Assembly: GCA_964408775.1 (NCBI GenBank)
Contig: CAYPAP010000001.1
Location: 153,524-217,523, forward strand
Direction of reading: 5' to 3'
Origin: an uncultured Gammaproteobacteria bacterium
GTDB taxonomy: Bacteria > Patescibacteriota > Patescibacteriia > Patescibacteriales > UBA12465
Length of the DNA stretch: 64,000 bases
Of the stretch, positions 8,859 to 17,903 are shown piece after piece (the first letter of the stretch is position 1; each line of letters opens with the position of its first letter). The notes below the pieces were generated by a model that ran no database searches, had not been told where the DNA came from, and saw only the letters and a program-made list of their open reading frames with translations. The translations under genes were made by a program, and so were the position numbers.

Positions 8859-10118
8859 TTATTGAGAAAATAAAATAGCGTTAGGAATATTGCGCCCAGG
8901 GCCCACCATAAACTCATCATTGTAATAAAGAGCCGTGGAGCCTCCCCCATCTAAGTTTATAGCATAATCCACTTTCATGATTTTTAAAACTTCAGCCAAA
9001 TCAACCACCGTACTAGAACGAGACACAACTAAATAAACCTTTCCCTTATCACCTCCTAATCCAGATTTATAAGCAATGGCGGTTCTGGTAGTTTTAGTAT
9101 TAGTTTGACCATAATCTAAGTCCCAGTCAATCAACAAATTCATTCCCTCCTCCACTAAGCGTGGCTTATTACCAATGGCTGCCTGAAGTTTTACTCCATA
9201 TTTATTTTCAAATTGGCTAACCCCAGCAAAATCTCGACTATCTTTAAAATAATAAAATTTATTGTTCTCATCGAAGGCCATAATTGGTCCAGTGGTTGGG
9301 TATCTTAATTGAGAAATATTAATAAATTTTTCTAAACGAGAATTATAAACTGGGAAAAAATAATAATTACGCTTACTAGCCGAAGTATCAAAGTAAGTTC
9401 CGTTAATAGCAGCGAAGGCGTTGCTGCCAACAACATAATCTATTAAAGGTTTGGCCGGACAAGGTCCCGGACAATCGTCAGAATTGGCAGTGTCGGTAAT
9501 TATTTTTAAATTAGGGTTATTTAAATCTATTTCAATAATGTCCAGGAAAAAACTTTGCCCTTCCAATTCTACTTCCTGTTTAAATTTATAAGAACTATAC
9601 TTATTAATACTTTCACTTAAAGTATTTTTATGAATTAGGGCCAAGTCTTTGCGACTAATACCCAGTCCTAGTTCTCGCATTATAGCAAAAGCATCTTCCG
9701 GTCGTCCTAAATAATGTTTTTTAAAAGTTAAGGGATTTATATACCAAGCTTCACCATTTTTTTCTACTTGTAAAATAATTTTTCCGGATAATTTTTTAGC
9801 TAAATCAATATCGCCCTCAACCTCCATATCCGCTGAAGCAATTTTTTGAAAATCTATTTCCGAAATTCCCAAGCCAAGCTCTCGCATAATAGCAAAAGCG
9901 TCGTGCGGACGACCCAAATAATATCGCTTATTGTTTTCTGGGTAAATATACCAAGCCTCACCATTCCTTTCGACATCTAATAATATTCTCCCCGACAAGT
10001 TGGCAGATAAATCTTGAGCTGTGACTATAAAAATTGGAAATAACAAAAAAAATAAAAACAATACTGAGAGATAAAAAAAGTGATTCCAAAAAATATTTTT
10101 TATTATATTTTTAAACAT
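8859..10118 (-). CDS. Secreted or anchored phosphodiester glycosidase-family protein with two N-terminal tandem repeat domains
   Basis: N-terminal hydrophobic helix, two ~55-aa repeats (LSGRILLDVERNGEAWYIYP... / LSGKIILQVEKNGEAWYINP...), and a C-terminal AINLDGGGSTALYY motif of the NAGPA/DUF2233-like family. Confidence 0.7.
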   Translation of the reverse strand: MFKNIIKNIFWNHFFYLSVLFLFFLLFPIFIVTAQDLSANLSGRILLDVERNGEAWYIYPENNKRYYLGRPHDAFAIMRELGLGISEIDFQKIASADMEVEGDIDLAKKLSGKIILQVEKNGEAWYINPLTFKKHYLGRPEDAFAIMRELGLGISRKDLALIHKNTLSESINKYSSYKFKQEVELEGQSFFLDIIEIDLNNPNLKIITDTANSDDCPGPCPAKPLIDYVVGSNAFAAINGTYFDTSASKRNYYFFPVYNSRLEKFINISQLRYPTTGPIMAFDENNKFYYFKDSRDFAGVSQFENKYGVKLQAAIGNKPRLVEEGMNLLIDWDLDYGQTNTKTTRTAIAYKSGLGGDKGKVYLVVSRSSTVVDLAEVLKIMKVDYAINLDGGGSTALYYNDEFMVGPGRNIPNAILFSQ

Positions 10119-10175
10119 GTTTTTAATATTAAAATTAATATAATTATAGCATTAAAAAAGCTAAAAATAAAGCGG

Positions 10176-10204
10176 TTGCTAAGGTATTAAATATTTGTTA
10201 TTAT
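10176..10204 (+). promoter_or_regulatory. Sigma70-like promoter for the thyA cluster
   Basis: TTGCTA-17 nt-TATTAT, ending 32 nt upstream of the thyA ATG. Confidence 0.4.
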
Positions 10205-10236
10205 TAAGTTGCTTTTTATAAATTAATAATAAAAAT

Positions 10237-11049
10237 ATGAAGCAATATCTAGATTTACTTAAAGACGTTCTAGAAAATGGTACCGACAAAAGCGATAGAA
10301 CAGGAGTCGGGACTAGAAGCGTCTTCGGGCGTCAAGTTAGATACGATCTTTCACAGGGCTTTCCCCTGCTAACCACCAAAAAGGTTCATTTAAAATCAAT
10401 TATTTATGAGCTTTTATGGTTTTTAAAGGGAGAAACTAATGTAAAATATTTAAATGACCACGGTGTTACTATCTGGGACGAATGGGCCAATGAAAATGGA
10501 GATCTTGGTCCAATTTATGGCAAACAATGGACAGCATGGGAAACAACTGACGGACAAAAAATCAACCAAATAGCTGATTTAATAGAAATGATAAAGAAAA
10601 CACCTGATTCTCGTCGATTGATTGTTAGTGGCTGGAACGTCGGAGACCTACAAAAACTAATATCTGGTCAAAAAACAGCCCCGCCTCCATGCCATACTAT
10701 TTTTCAGTTTTATGTATTAAACGGAAAATTATCTTGCCAACTATATCAACGAAGTGCCGATGTCTTTCTAGGAGTTCCCTTCAACGTCGCATCCTACGCC
10801 CTATTAACCATGATGATAGCCCAAGTCTGTGACTTAGCACCAGGAGAATTTGTTCATACCTTTGGTGATTTGCACATTTACAATAATCACTTTGACCAAG
10901 TTAAAGAGCAACTAACTCGCACTCCCAAAGAATTGCCTCAAATGAAAATTAATCCTGATAAAAAAGATATTTTTTCATTCGAATACGAAGATTTTGAATT
11001 AATAAATTATAATCCCGATCCAGGAATCAAAGCTCCTATCGCGATTTAA
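10237..11049 (+). CDS. thyA: Thymidylate synthase (ThyA type)
   Basis: [21 protein letters not shown], and the catalytic Cys in [11 protein letters not shown]; 270 aa. Confidence 0.95.
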   Translation: MKQYLDLLKDVLENGTDKSDRTGVGTRSVFGRQVRYDLSQGFPLLTTKKVHLKSIIYELLWFLKGETNVKYLNDHGVTIWDEWANENGDLGPIYGKQWTAWETTDGQKINQIADLIEMIKKTPDSRRLIVSGWNVGDLQKLISGQKTAPPPCHTIFQFYVLNGKLSCQLYQRSADVFLGVPFNVASYALLTMMIAQVCDLAPGEFVHTFGDLHIYNNHFDQVKEQLTRTPKELPQMKINPDKKDIFSFEYEDFELINYNPDPGIKAPIAI

Positions 11050-11054
11050 AAAAT

Positions 11055-11555
11055 ATGATACCAGTCACCCTGATAATGGCTATAACTGCTGATGGAAAAA
11101 TTGGCAAAAGTAGTGACCATTTTGCTAATTGGACCAGCCCCGAAGACAAAAAAATATTTATTGAGGTTTCTAAAGACTTTGGGTTGATTATGATGGGCCA
11201 AAAAACATTCCAAACATTTCCAGGGCCACTTAAAAATCGCCTTAATGTTGTTTTTTCAGAAAATCCTGGAGAAAAACACGATGATGTTCTTTGGGTTAAT
11301 GGTGAGCCTGAGGAAGTTCTTGAAAAAATAAAAAATTTAGGTTATAAAAAAGCTTTGTTAGGGGGAGGCTCTAATTTAAACACCCTTTTCTTGAAAAAAA
11401 AATTAATAAACGAAATAATATTAACCGTTGAGCCGAAATTTTTCGGATCCGGACTATCTTTATTTAATGATGATTTTGATATTAACTTAGAACTTTTGGA
11501 ATTAAAAAAAATAAACCAAAACTCTTATTCAGTAAAATACAAAGTTATCTATTAA
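11055..11555 (+). CDS. Dihydrofolate reductase-like protein (RibD C-terminal/DHFR-like fold)
   Basis: 166 aa with ITADGKIG, MGQKTF and LLGGGSNL. Lies 5 bp downstream of thyA. Confidence 0.65.
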   Translation: MIPVTLIMAITADGKIGKSSDHFANWTSPEDKKIFIEVSKDFGLIMMGQKTFQTFPGPLKNRLNVVFSENPGEKHDDVLWVNGEPEEVLEKIKNLGYKKALLGGGSNLNTLFLKKKLINEIILTVEPKFFGSGLSLFNDDFDINLELLELKKINQNSYSVKYKVIY

Positions 11556-11561
11556 CAATTT

Positions 11562-12140
11562 ATGAAAAAAAAGAAAATCGTTATCGGTCTAACCGGCCAA
11601 ATTGCTTGTGGTAAAGGAGTTATTAAGAAGTTTTTAATCAGCGAATACCAAGCCAGTGATTATCGCTTCTCTACTATTTTGCGAGATGTCTTAATCAGAT
11701 TGCATGTTGAGCAAAGTCGAGAGAATATTCAAAAAATGTCTACCCTACTTCGTCAAACTTTTGGTGAAGATATTTTAGCTAATGTTATGTCAAAAGATAT
11801 TAAAAGCGATGATCATCATTTTATAGTAATAGATGGAATCAGGCGCTTGGCCGATATTAAACACTTGCGAGAAGTCCCTGGATTCTTTTTAGTAAGTGTT
11901 GAGGCCAGCGAAGAACTTCGACACCAAAGAGTGGTAGAGAGAAACGAAAACCCTGGAGATGATAAAAAAACTTTTGCTGACTTTATAAAAGACCAAAATG
12001 AAGAATCTGAGTCAGAAATACCCAAAACCATGGCAGCGGCAGATTTCATAATTGACAATAATGGATCATGGGACCAATTATGGGACCAAATTCATATCTT
12101 AGTAAAAAAAATAAACGAACTGGACAACGATAATAAATAA
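11562..12140 (+). CDS. P-loop nucleotide kinase (CoaE/dNMP-kinase-like; substrate not assignable)
   Basis: P-loop GLTGQIACGKG; size and layout of small nucleotide kinases; embedded in the thymidylate cluster. Confidence 0.5.
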   Translation: MKKKKIVIGLTGQIACGKGVIKKFLISEYQASDYRFSTILRDVLIRLHVEQSRENIQKMSTLLRQTFGEDILANVMSKDIKSDDHHFIVIDGIRRLADIKHLREVPGFFLVSVEASEELRHQRVVERNENPGDDKKTFADFIKDQNEESESEIPKTMAAADFIIDNNGSWDQLWDQIHILVKKINELDNDNK

Positions 12141-12143
12141 TCT

Positions 12144-12473
12144 ATGCACTTAAAAGATTATCAAAAACAAGCTCAAAAAACAGCCCAATACCCCAACAAG
12201 GGCAAAAATTATATCTACCCCGTATTAGGATTGGTTGGAGAGGCTGGAGAAGTGGCCGAAAAATTCAAGAAGATAATTCGAGACAACGATGGCAAAATAA
12301 ATTCCGAAAAAAAAGCCGAGATTGAAAAAGAATTGGGCGATGTTTTGTGGTATATTTCACAAATTGCTACTGAATTAAAAATAAACCTAGAAGATATCGC
12401 TAAGACTAACATCAAGAAACTTGGCTCCCGTCTTAAAAGAAACTGCATTAAAGGAAGCGGTGATAATCGCTAA
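12144..12473 (+). CDS. MazG-like all-alpha NTP pyrophosphohydrolase
   Basis: Motifs GLVGEAGEVAE and ELGDVLWYISQIA; 109 aa. Confidence 0.8.
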   Translation: MHLKDYQKQAQKTAQYPNKGKNYIYPVLGLVGEAGEVAEKFKKIIRDNDGKINSEKKAEIEKELGDVLWYISQIATELKINLEDIAKTNIKKLGSRLKRNCIKGSGDNR

Positions 12474-12513
12474 AAAAATAGCAAAAAATTAAAATATTTG
12501 CTATAATTTAAAC

Positions 12514-13113
12514 ATGAGCTTAAAAAGAGGGAAATTAATAGTTTTTTACGGAACCAATAACTTGGGCAAAAGCACCCAAGCTCATATTTTGATTGATAAA
12601 TTGAACAAATTGGGAATACCGGCACAATATTTAAAATATCCTATATATAACTTAGTCCCTTCTGGAATAATTTTAAACAAATATTTGAGAGAGGGAAACC
12701 CCCATAATTTGTCAGCTCGCGAAGCTCAGATTATTTATGCTCTAAATCGAACCCAATTTCAAGAAAAATTAGAAGAATATTTAAACCAAGGCATAAATAT
12801 TATTGCCGAAGATTATACTGGTACTGGCTTAGCCTGGGGGGTGGGAGCAGGAATAGAAGAAAATTTTTTAACAGAAATAAATAGCCACCTACTCAAAGAA
12901 GATGTAGCTATTTTATTCGACGGCGAGAGATTTAAAGAGGCTGTCGAAAAAAATCATAAACACGAAGAGGATGAGGGTTTCAGTCAGAAAGTCCGACAAA
13001 TTCATTTAGATTTAGGTAAAAAAAATAATTGGCAAAAAATTAATGCTAATTTAAGTATTGAAGAAATTAGCCAAATAATTGAAGAAAGGGTGATGAAATT
13101 ATTAAATAATTAA
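12514..13113 (+). CDS. tmk: Thymidylate kinase-family protein
   Basis: P-loop FYGTNNLGKST, a LID-like region, and AEDYTGTGLAWG in place of DRY..S..AY. Confidence 0.7.
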   Translation: MSLKRGKLIVFYGTNNLGKSTQAHILIDKLNKLGIPAQYLKYPIYNLVPSGIILNKYLREGNPHNLSAREAQIIYALNRTQFQEKLEEYLNQGINIIAEDYTGTGLAWGVGAGIEENFLTEINSHLLKEDVAILFDGERFKEAVEKNHKHEEDEGFSQKVRQIHLDLGKKNNWQKINANLSIEEISQIIEERVMKLLNN

Positions 13114-13215
13114 ATTCTAAAAATTTTATGTATAGAGATGGATTTTTCCTTATAGAGTATATTAAGGAATATTTAACCTACATATATTTTTTATTTTTCC
13201 GCTAATATCAAGCCT

Positions 13216-13662
13216 ATGTTTTGGCTAAATAAAAAAAACCAGGCAAAAAAAGCCTTCACTATGGTCGAGTTATTAATAGTTGTTTCTATTATAGCCATTA
13301 TTTTAACTATGGCTATTTTTTCTTTTAATAATACCAGAGAAGATTCGCGTAACAGTCAAAGAGTTTCAGATATTAAACAGGTTCAATTGGCTTTAGAAAA
13401 ATATTATAACGATAACGGATCTTATCCGAGTGAATTAACTTTTGGACAATCACTTATTGGAAGTAGCGGAAAGATTTATATGGATAATGTGCCCACTAAC
13501 CCCAATCCCAGGGATGACGGTGATTGTTCTGACAGCGAATATCAATATTCCTACAATTCCAGTAATAAAACTTATCAAATAACTTTTTGTATTAGTAGAA
13601 ACATGGAGGGTCTAACCGCTGGAATAAAATTAGCCACACCGACGGGGATAGGAAATCAATAG
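13216..13662 (+). CDS. Type IV pilin / pseudopilin-like protein
   Basis: Class III signal KKA|FTMVELLIVVSIIAIIL with Glu at +5, followed by a ~115-aa globular domain. Confidence 0.8.
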   Translation: MFWLNKKNQAKKAFTMVELLIVVSIIAIILTMAIFSFNNTREDSRNSQRVSDIKQVQLALEKYYNDNGSYPSELTFGQSLIGSSGKIYMDNVPTNPNPRDDGDCSDSEYQYSYNSSNKTYQITFCISRNMEGLTAGIKLATPTGIGNQ

Positions 13663-13678
13663 GCTGCCCTAATTAAAA

Positions 13679-15883
13679 TTACTTACTAATATCATCGAAA
13701 TTATCTATCCATAAAATCTCTACCCCCTGCTTCTCCATTCGGCGAAACCACGACATCTGACGCTTGGAAAGCTGGCAAATAGCTATAAATAATTTATCGA
13801 CTAACTGCTGATAGGTTATTTTTTTTTGTAGATAATAAGAAACATAGCGATACTCTAAACCAAAACTCTCTAAGCGCTTATAGCTAACTCCAGATTTTTT
13901 CAATCTCTTTACCTCCCCAATCATATCCTCCTCTTCTAGACGTTTTATTAATCTCTGATAAATTCTTTCTCGTAAAATATCTCTACCCGGGTTTAGACCA
14001 AAAATAATAAAATCATAAAGTCGCTCTCCTTTTTGCGGAGAAAAGTCTTTCTCACTAAGAAGAACTTCTAAGAGTCGCGCTAGTCTTCTTTTATTATTTA
14101 ATTCACTATTATTCAATTTAGAGAAAAATTTAGGATTTATTTTTTTAATCTTATTCTGCAATTCTTTAATACTTAGATTTTCATATTCATATCTTTGACC
14201 AAAAACCGGCTTAACGACCGACAAAACATAATTGTCAATTACTGCCTCTAAATATAAACCACTGCCACCGGTTAAAATTGGCAACTTACCACGGCGAACA
14301 ATATCATCAATAGCTTTAAAGGTCATTTTTTGATACTTGGCCAAAGAGAAAACAGTCTTAGGACTACAAACATCTATTAGATGATAAGGGATGTTATTGC
14401 CTTTATAATTATACTCGGCCAAATCTTTGCCCGTTCCAATATCCATCCCCTTATAAACCTGGCGACTATCGGCACTAACAATTTCGCCGGAAAAATCATA
14501 AGCTAGTTTTACTGCCAAAGAAGTTTTGCCACTAGAAGTCGGTCCTAGAATTACTATGACCTTAGGCTTTTTTACTACCAACTCCCCTTCTAACTCAAAT
14601 TCTTTTATTTTATTAATCCTGACTTTAACAAACTCACCAATTAAATCTCGCCCCGCACATTTATTTTTTGAATTTTTTAATTCTATCTTAATAGTCTTGG
14701 CTGTTCTAGTTTTTCCCACTAAAGAACCCTTGCGATCCAACCCTTCGACTAAAACCTCTACCTCCTGTCCAAAATATTCTTTATTGTTTTCCAAAACTAT
14801 TTTTTTTAATAATCTAGTTAATTCTTGTTCTCTCTTTTTTTTCTCTGCTAGAGTAATATTATCATTCATCTTAGAGGAGGCTGTCCCATGTCTAGGACTA
14901 TATTTGCCGACATAAATCATATCAAAACGACACTCCTTAACCAGCTTTAAAGTATTTAAAAAGGCCGATTTGGTTTCCCCGGGAAAACCAACAATAATAT
15001 CAGTAGTAATAGAAGCTGGTAATCCATTTTTGTAGTCCAAAGCTTTTCTAATTTTTTCTGCTAATTTTATATAATCGCTAGACTTATATTTTCTATTCAT
15101 GGCCTGCAAAACCTTATCGTCCCCCGATTGTACGGCCAAATGAAAATGCTCACAAATTTTTTTGCTATCCTTTAAAACTTTTATTAGTTTAGGACTAACA
15201 TCCTTCGGGTGACTAGTAGCAAAGCGTAGCCAAAAATTACCTGGAATTTCGTCAATTTCTGCTAATAAAGCTGGAAAATCAACCCGACCAGATTTATAGC
15301 TATTAACATTTTGTGCGATCAAAGTTATCTCCTTGCAACCATCTTTTACCAACAACTTAACCTCGTTAACAATATCTGATGAGGGGCGATAGACCTCCCT
15401 TCCCCGAGCATAAGGAACAACACAATAAGAGCAAAAATTATTACAACCATTACCAATAGGGACAAAGGCCGAAAAAGAAGATGTTCTGTTGGTGGATAAT
15501 TCTAAATAATTTTTAATTTTACCAAAATCATATTTTTTAATTTTAGGAAAATATCTTTTTAATTTTTTATCCAAAATTAATAAATCCGAAATATTAAAAA
15601 ATATTTCAGCCTTTCCCTCTAGCCGTTTTTGCACATCTTTTCTATCACTTAAACAGCCAGTAATAACAGGAACTGCTTTTTTGTTATTTTTTACAACTTG
15701 ATTAACCAGACCATAAACCCTATCTTCGGCTGACTGACGCACTCCGCAGGTTACTATTACCACTAAATCAGATTTTAAAAAATTAGTCTGATGTTTAAAA
15801 CCAAGCTTCTCTAAATAAAAAGCCAGGCGCTCACTGTCGGCCCTATTCATCTGACAACCAATTGTAATAATATTATAAGTCAT
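13679..15883 (-). CDS. miaB/miaA: Fusion protein: MiaB-type radical-SAM methylthiotransferase (N-terminal) plus MiaA tRNA dimethylallyltransferase (C-terminal)
   Basis: N-terminal: IITIGCQMNRADSE, radical-SAM CNNFCSYCVVPYARG, and a TRAM-like segment ending VRINKIKEFELEGELV. C-terminal: P-loop ILGPTSSGKTSLA and SADSRQVYKGMDIGTGK. One uninterrupted ORF. Confidence 0.85.
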   Translation of the reverse strand: MTYNIITIGCQMNRADSERLAFYLEKLGFKHQTNFLKSDLVVIVTCGVRQSAEDRVYGLVNQVVKNNKKAVPVITGCLSDRKDVQKRLEGKAEIFFNISDLLILDKKLKRYFPKIKKYDFGKIKNYLELSTNRTSSFSAFVPIGNGCNNFCSYCVVPYARGREVYRPSSDIVNEVKLLVKDGCKEITLIAQNVNSYKSGRVDFPALLAEIDEIPGNFWLRFATSHPKDVSPKLIKVLKDSKKICEHFHLAVQSGDDKVLQAMNRKYKSSDYIKLAEKIRKALDYKNGLPASITTDIIVGFPGETKSAFLNTLKLVKECRFDMIYVGKYSPRHGTASSKMNDNITLAEKKKREQELTRLLKKIVLENNKEYFGQEVEVLVEGLDRKGSLVGKTRTAKTIKIELKNSKNKCAGRDLIGEFVKVRINKIKEFELEGELVVKKPKVIVILGPTSSGKTSLAVKLAYDFSGEIVSADSRQVYKGMDIGTGKDLAEYNYKGNNIPYHLIDVCSPKTVFSLAKYQKMTFKAIDDIVRRGKLPILTGGSGLYLEAVIDNYVLSVVKPVFGQRYEYENLSIKELQNKIKKINPKFFSKLNNSELNNKRRLARLLEVLLSEKDFSPQKGERLYDFIIFGLNPGRDILRERIYQRLIKRLEEEDMIGEVKRLKKSGVSYKRLESFGLEYRYVSYYLQKKITYQQLVDKLFIAICQLSKRQMSWFRRMEKQGVEILWIDNFDDISK

Positions 15884-15943
15884 ACACACTTTAAGATTAT
15901 TGATAATTTTTAAGAGACTCGGGATGTTCGGGGTAAAATAAAA

Positions 15944-17722
15944 TTAATATTTAATAATTTTATACAAAGAAAAAACATTATTAATATTCCCCACCAACTC
16001 TATACCCAAGTCAAATTCCTTTAAGCGACGATTATTTAAATATTCTAAATCTGCTTCTGGTAATGTAAAATTGTAATAATAAATTGGCAAATACTTAGCT
16101 AAGCTATAATAATTTCTATTCATATTATTATCGTTAAAACGCCCCACTATCACTTTCCTTTCGGGAAACAGAAACTTATCATGATACTCAGTAATAATAA
16201 CGGCGTTTTCCTCAGTCAATGCAGTAATTTTATCCACCTCAATTTGAGCCGTTCCTAATTGAGAAAAATAATGCTCCAAGCCCTCCTCTGAGCCGCTATA
16301 AACAAACCTAAAAGAAGTAAAAACAATAAAGAGCACTGCTATTACGGATATGCAGGTACTTATTATCCTATAACTCGCCTTATTTTTAATCCAAAAAAAC
16401 AATTTAGAAATATTCAAAATAAAAATAGAAACAAAAGGTATTAGAAAAATATAAATTGGCAACCAATAACGAGTGTAGGAATTACCAATAGTAAAGCTAT
16501 TAGGGTCAGGATTGTCAACAAACTTCCAGGACCCATAATACAAAATTAAAATAATAGAAAGGAGCAACCAAGAAAGTCCGTAGGGCCAAATTTTTTTAAG
16601 AATTTTTCTCTGCCAAATGCCAGCCGACAAAACTCCAAAAACGAAAGGAAAAAATAAATACCAAAACATCTTAATTATATAAACATCAAACATTTGAAGT
16701 GATTGTCGAGGATGAAAGCCAAAGTAAAAAATAGTGTGAAAAATAGTTTTAGCAAAATTTCTGATATCACTTAAATGTCCAGTAAAAAAAGACTTAATTA
16801 TCCCTCCCCCAGCAAGAGATATGCTGTCCAAAGACTTGTTCATCTCATAATACCCTCCGTAAAAAGGCGAATCATATAAAATTTGATTGTGATAAAAAAC
16901 TGGCAACAAAGCAATGAGGGCAAAGGAAAAAATAGTCACCAAGCGAAATGCGTTTAATTTTTTCCATTTTAGTAAAATTAACAATAAGCCAGCTGGGGCC
17001 AACCAAACCAATTCCGAGGCCCTAACCGCGACAGTCAACCCCAAAAAAATTCCCGCCAAAGAAGAATACAAAAAATCATAATTAAATATTTTTTTGTAGT
17101 ATTCTTTTTTATTAGTTTTTAAAAGTTCGATATCTGGCCCCCTCTTCTCTAAAAGCAGGGCTAAAAAATAAAGAAAGATAATAAATAGGGATAAAAATAA
17201 AACATTATGGAACATGCTTCGAGCCGAATAATAAAACAAAACCGGGAAAGAAAGTAAAACAAAAAAAGAAATTAAAGCATTTTTTCTACCAAAAAATAAT
17301 TTAATCAACAGGTAATAAAAAAATAATCCTATAGCGGCAAAAAATGGGGTTAAAAAAGGAATGATACCAGCTCCAAAAACCTTGGCCGCCCCTCCGTAAA
17401 TAATAATTATTCCCAAGAAGCTAACTGGTTTAACCTCGCCCTGATAACTGAAGTAGCTGCGAGGCTTAATAATGTCTTCAGAAATTAAATTATATTTTTC
17501 ATAAAAGGATAGTTGCCCGGATTCTTGATATAACCTAGTAAAAACATAATTAGCGTTTTCATCCGGTGACAAAAACTTAATAAAACCATTGGAATTTTGC
17601 CAATGAGGGAAAATTGAGCTTAAAACAAAAAAAATAGTAGAAAAAAGGGCCACTAAAAATAAAAACCATCGATCCTGGCGTTTTTTATTTATTTCTTTAA
17701 TATCTTTCGCTTCACCTATCAT
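15944..17722 (-). CDS. Polytopic membrane protein, possible GT-C (ArnT/PMT-like) glycosyltransferase
   Basis: More than 10 hydrophobic segments over ~450 aa, then a soluble C-terminal domain. ATG at 17722 preferred over the upstream TTG. Functional call is weak. Confidence 0.45.
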   Translation of the reverse strand: MIGEAKDIKEINKKRQDRWFLFLVALFSTIFFVLSSIFPHWQNSNGFIKFLSPDENANYVFTRLYQESGQLSFYEKYNLISEDIIKPRSYFSYQGEVKPVSFLGIIIIYGGAAKVFGAGIIPFLTPFFAAIGLFFYYLLIKLFFGRKNALISFFVLLSFPVLFYYSARSMFHNVLFLSLFIIFLYFLALLLEKRGPDIELLKTNKKEYYKKIFNYDFLYSSLAGIFLGLTVAVRASELVWLAPAGLLLILLKWKKLNAFRLVTIFSFALIALLPVFYHNQILYDSPFYGGYYEMNKSLDSISLAGGGIIKSFFTGHLSDIRNFAKTIFHTIFYFGFHPRQSLQMFDVYIIKMFWYLFFPFVFGVLSAGIWQRKILKKIWPYGLSWLLLSIILILYYGSWKFVDNPDPNSFTIGNSYTRYWLPIYIFLIPFVSIFILNISKLFFWIKNKASYRIISTCISVIAVLFIVFTSFRFVYSGSEEGLEHYFSQLGTAQIEVDKITALTEENAVIITEYHDKFLFPERKVIVGRFNDNNMNRNYYSLAKYLPIYYYNFTLPEADLEYLNNRRLKEFDLGIELVGNINNVFSLYKIIKY

Positions 17723-17903
17723 ATAAAATAAGATTAGCAAAAAAGATTAACAAAAGCAATAAAACGAACAAAAGACGGATGACCATCTTTTATTTGTTTT
17801 GTTTTAATTAATATTATGCTTAGAGTGCTGTCACCTCCTCAAAGATTAGATTGTCTGTCTCTTTTTTACCTTATTAGAGCTATTAATATTTTCTATAAAA
17901 TCT

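Noticed and set aside
14526-14915. 129-aa plus-strand ORF inside the MiaB-MiaA gene
   Set aside because: It is antisense to a gene with clear radical-SAM and IPPT motifs and has no independent signals.
17838-17852. CACCTCCT (anti-SD-like 16S 3'-end sequence) in the 17741-17903 spacer
   Set aside because: It is an isolated 8-mer with no surrounding rRNA-like sequence. The minus-strand GAGGAGGTGA is not followed by a start codon at a usable distance.
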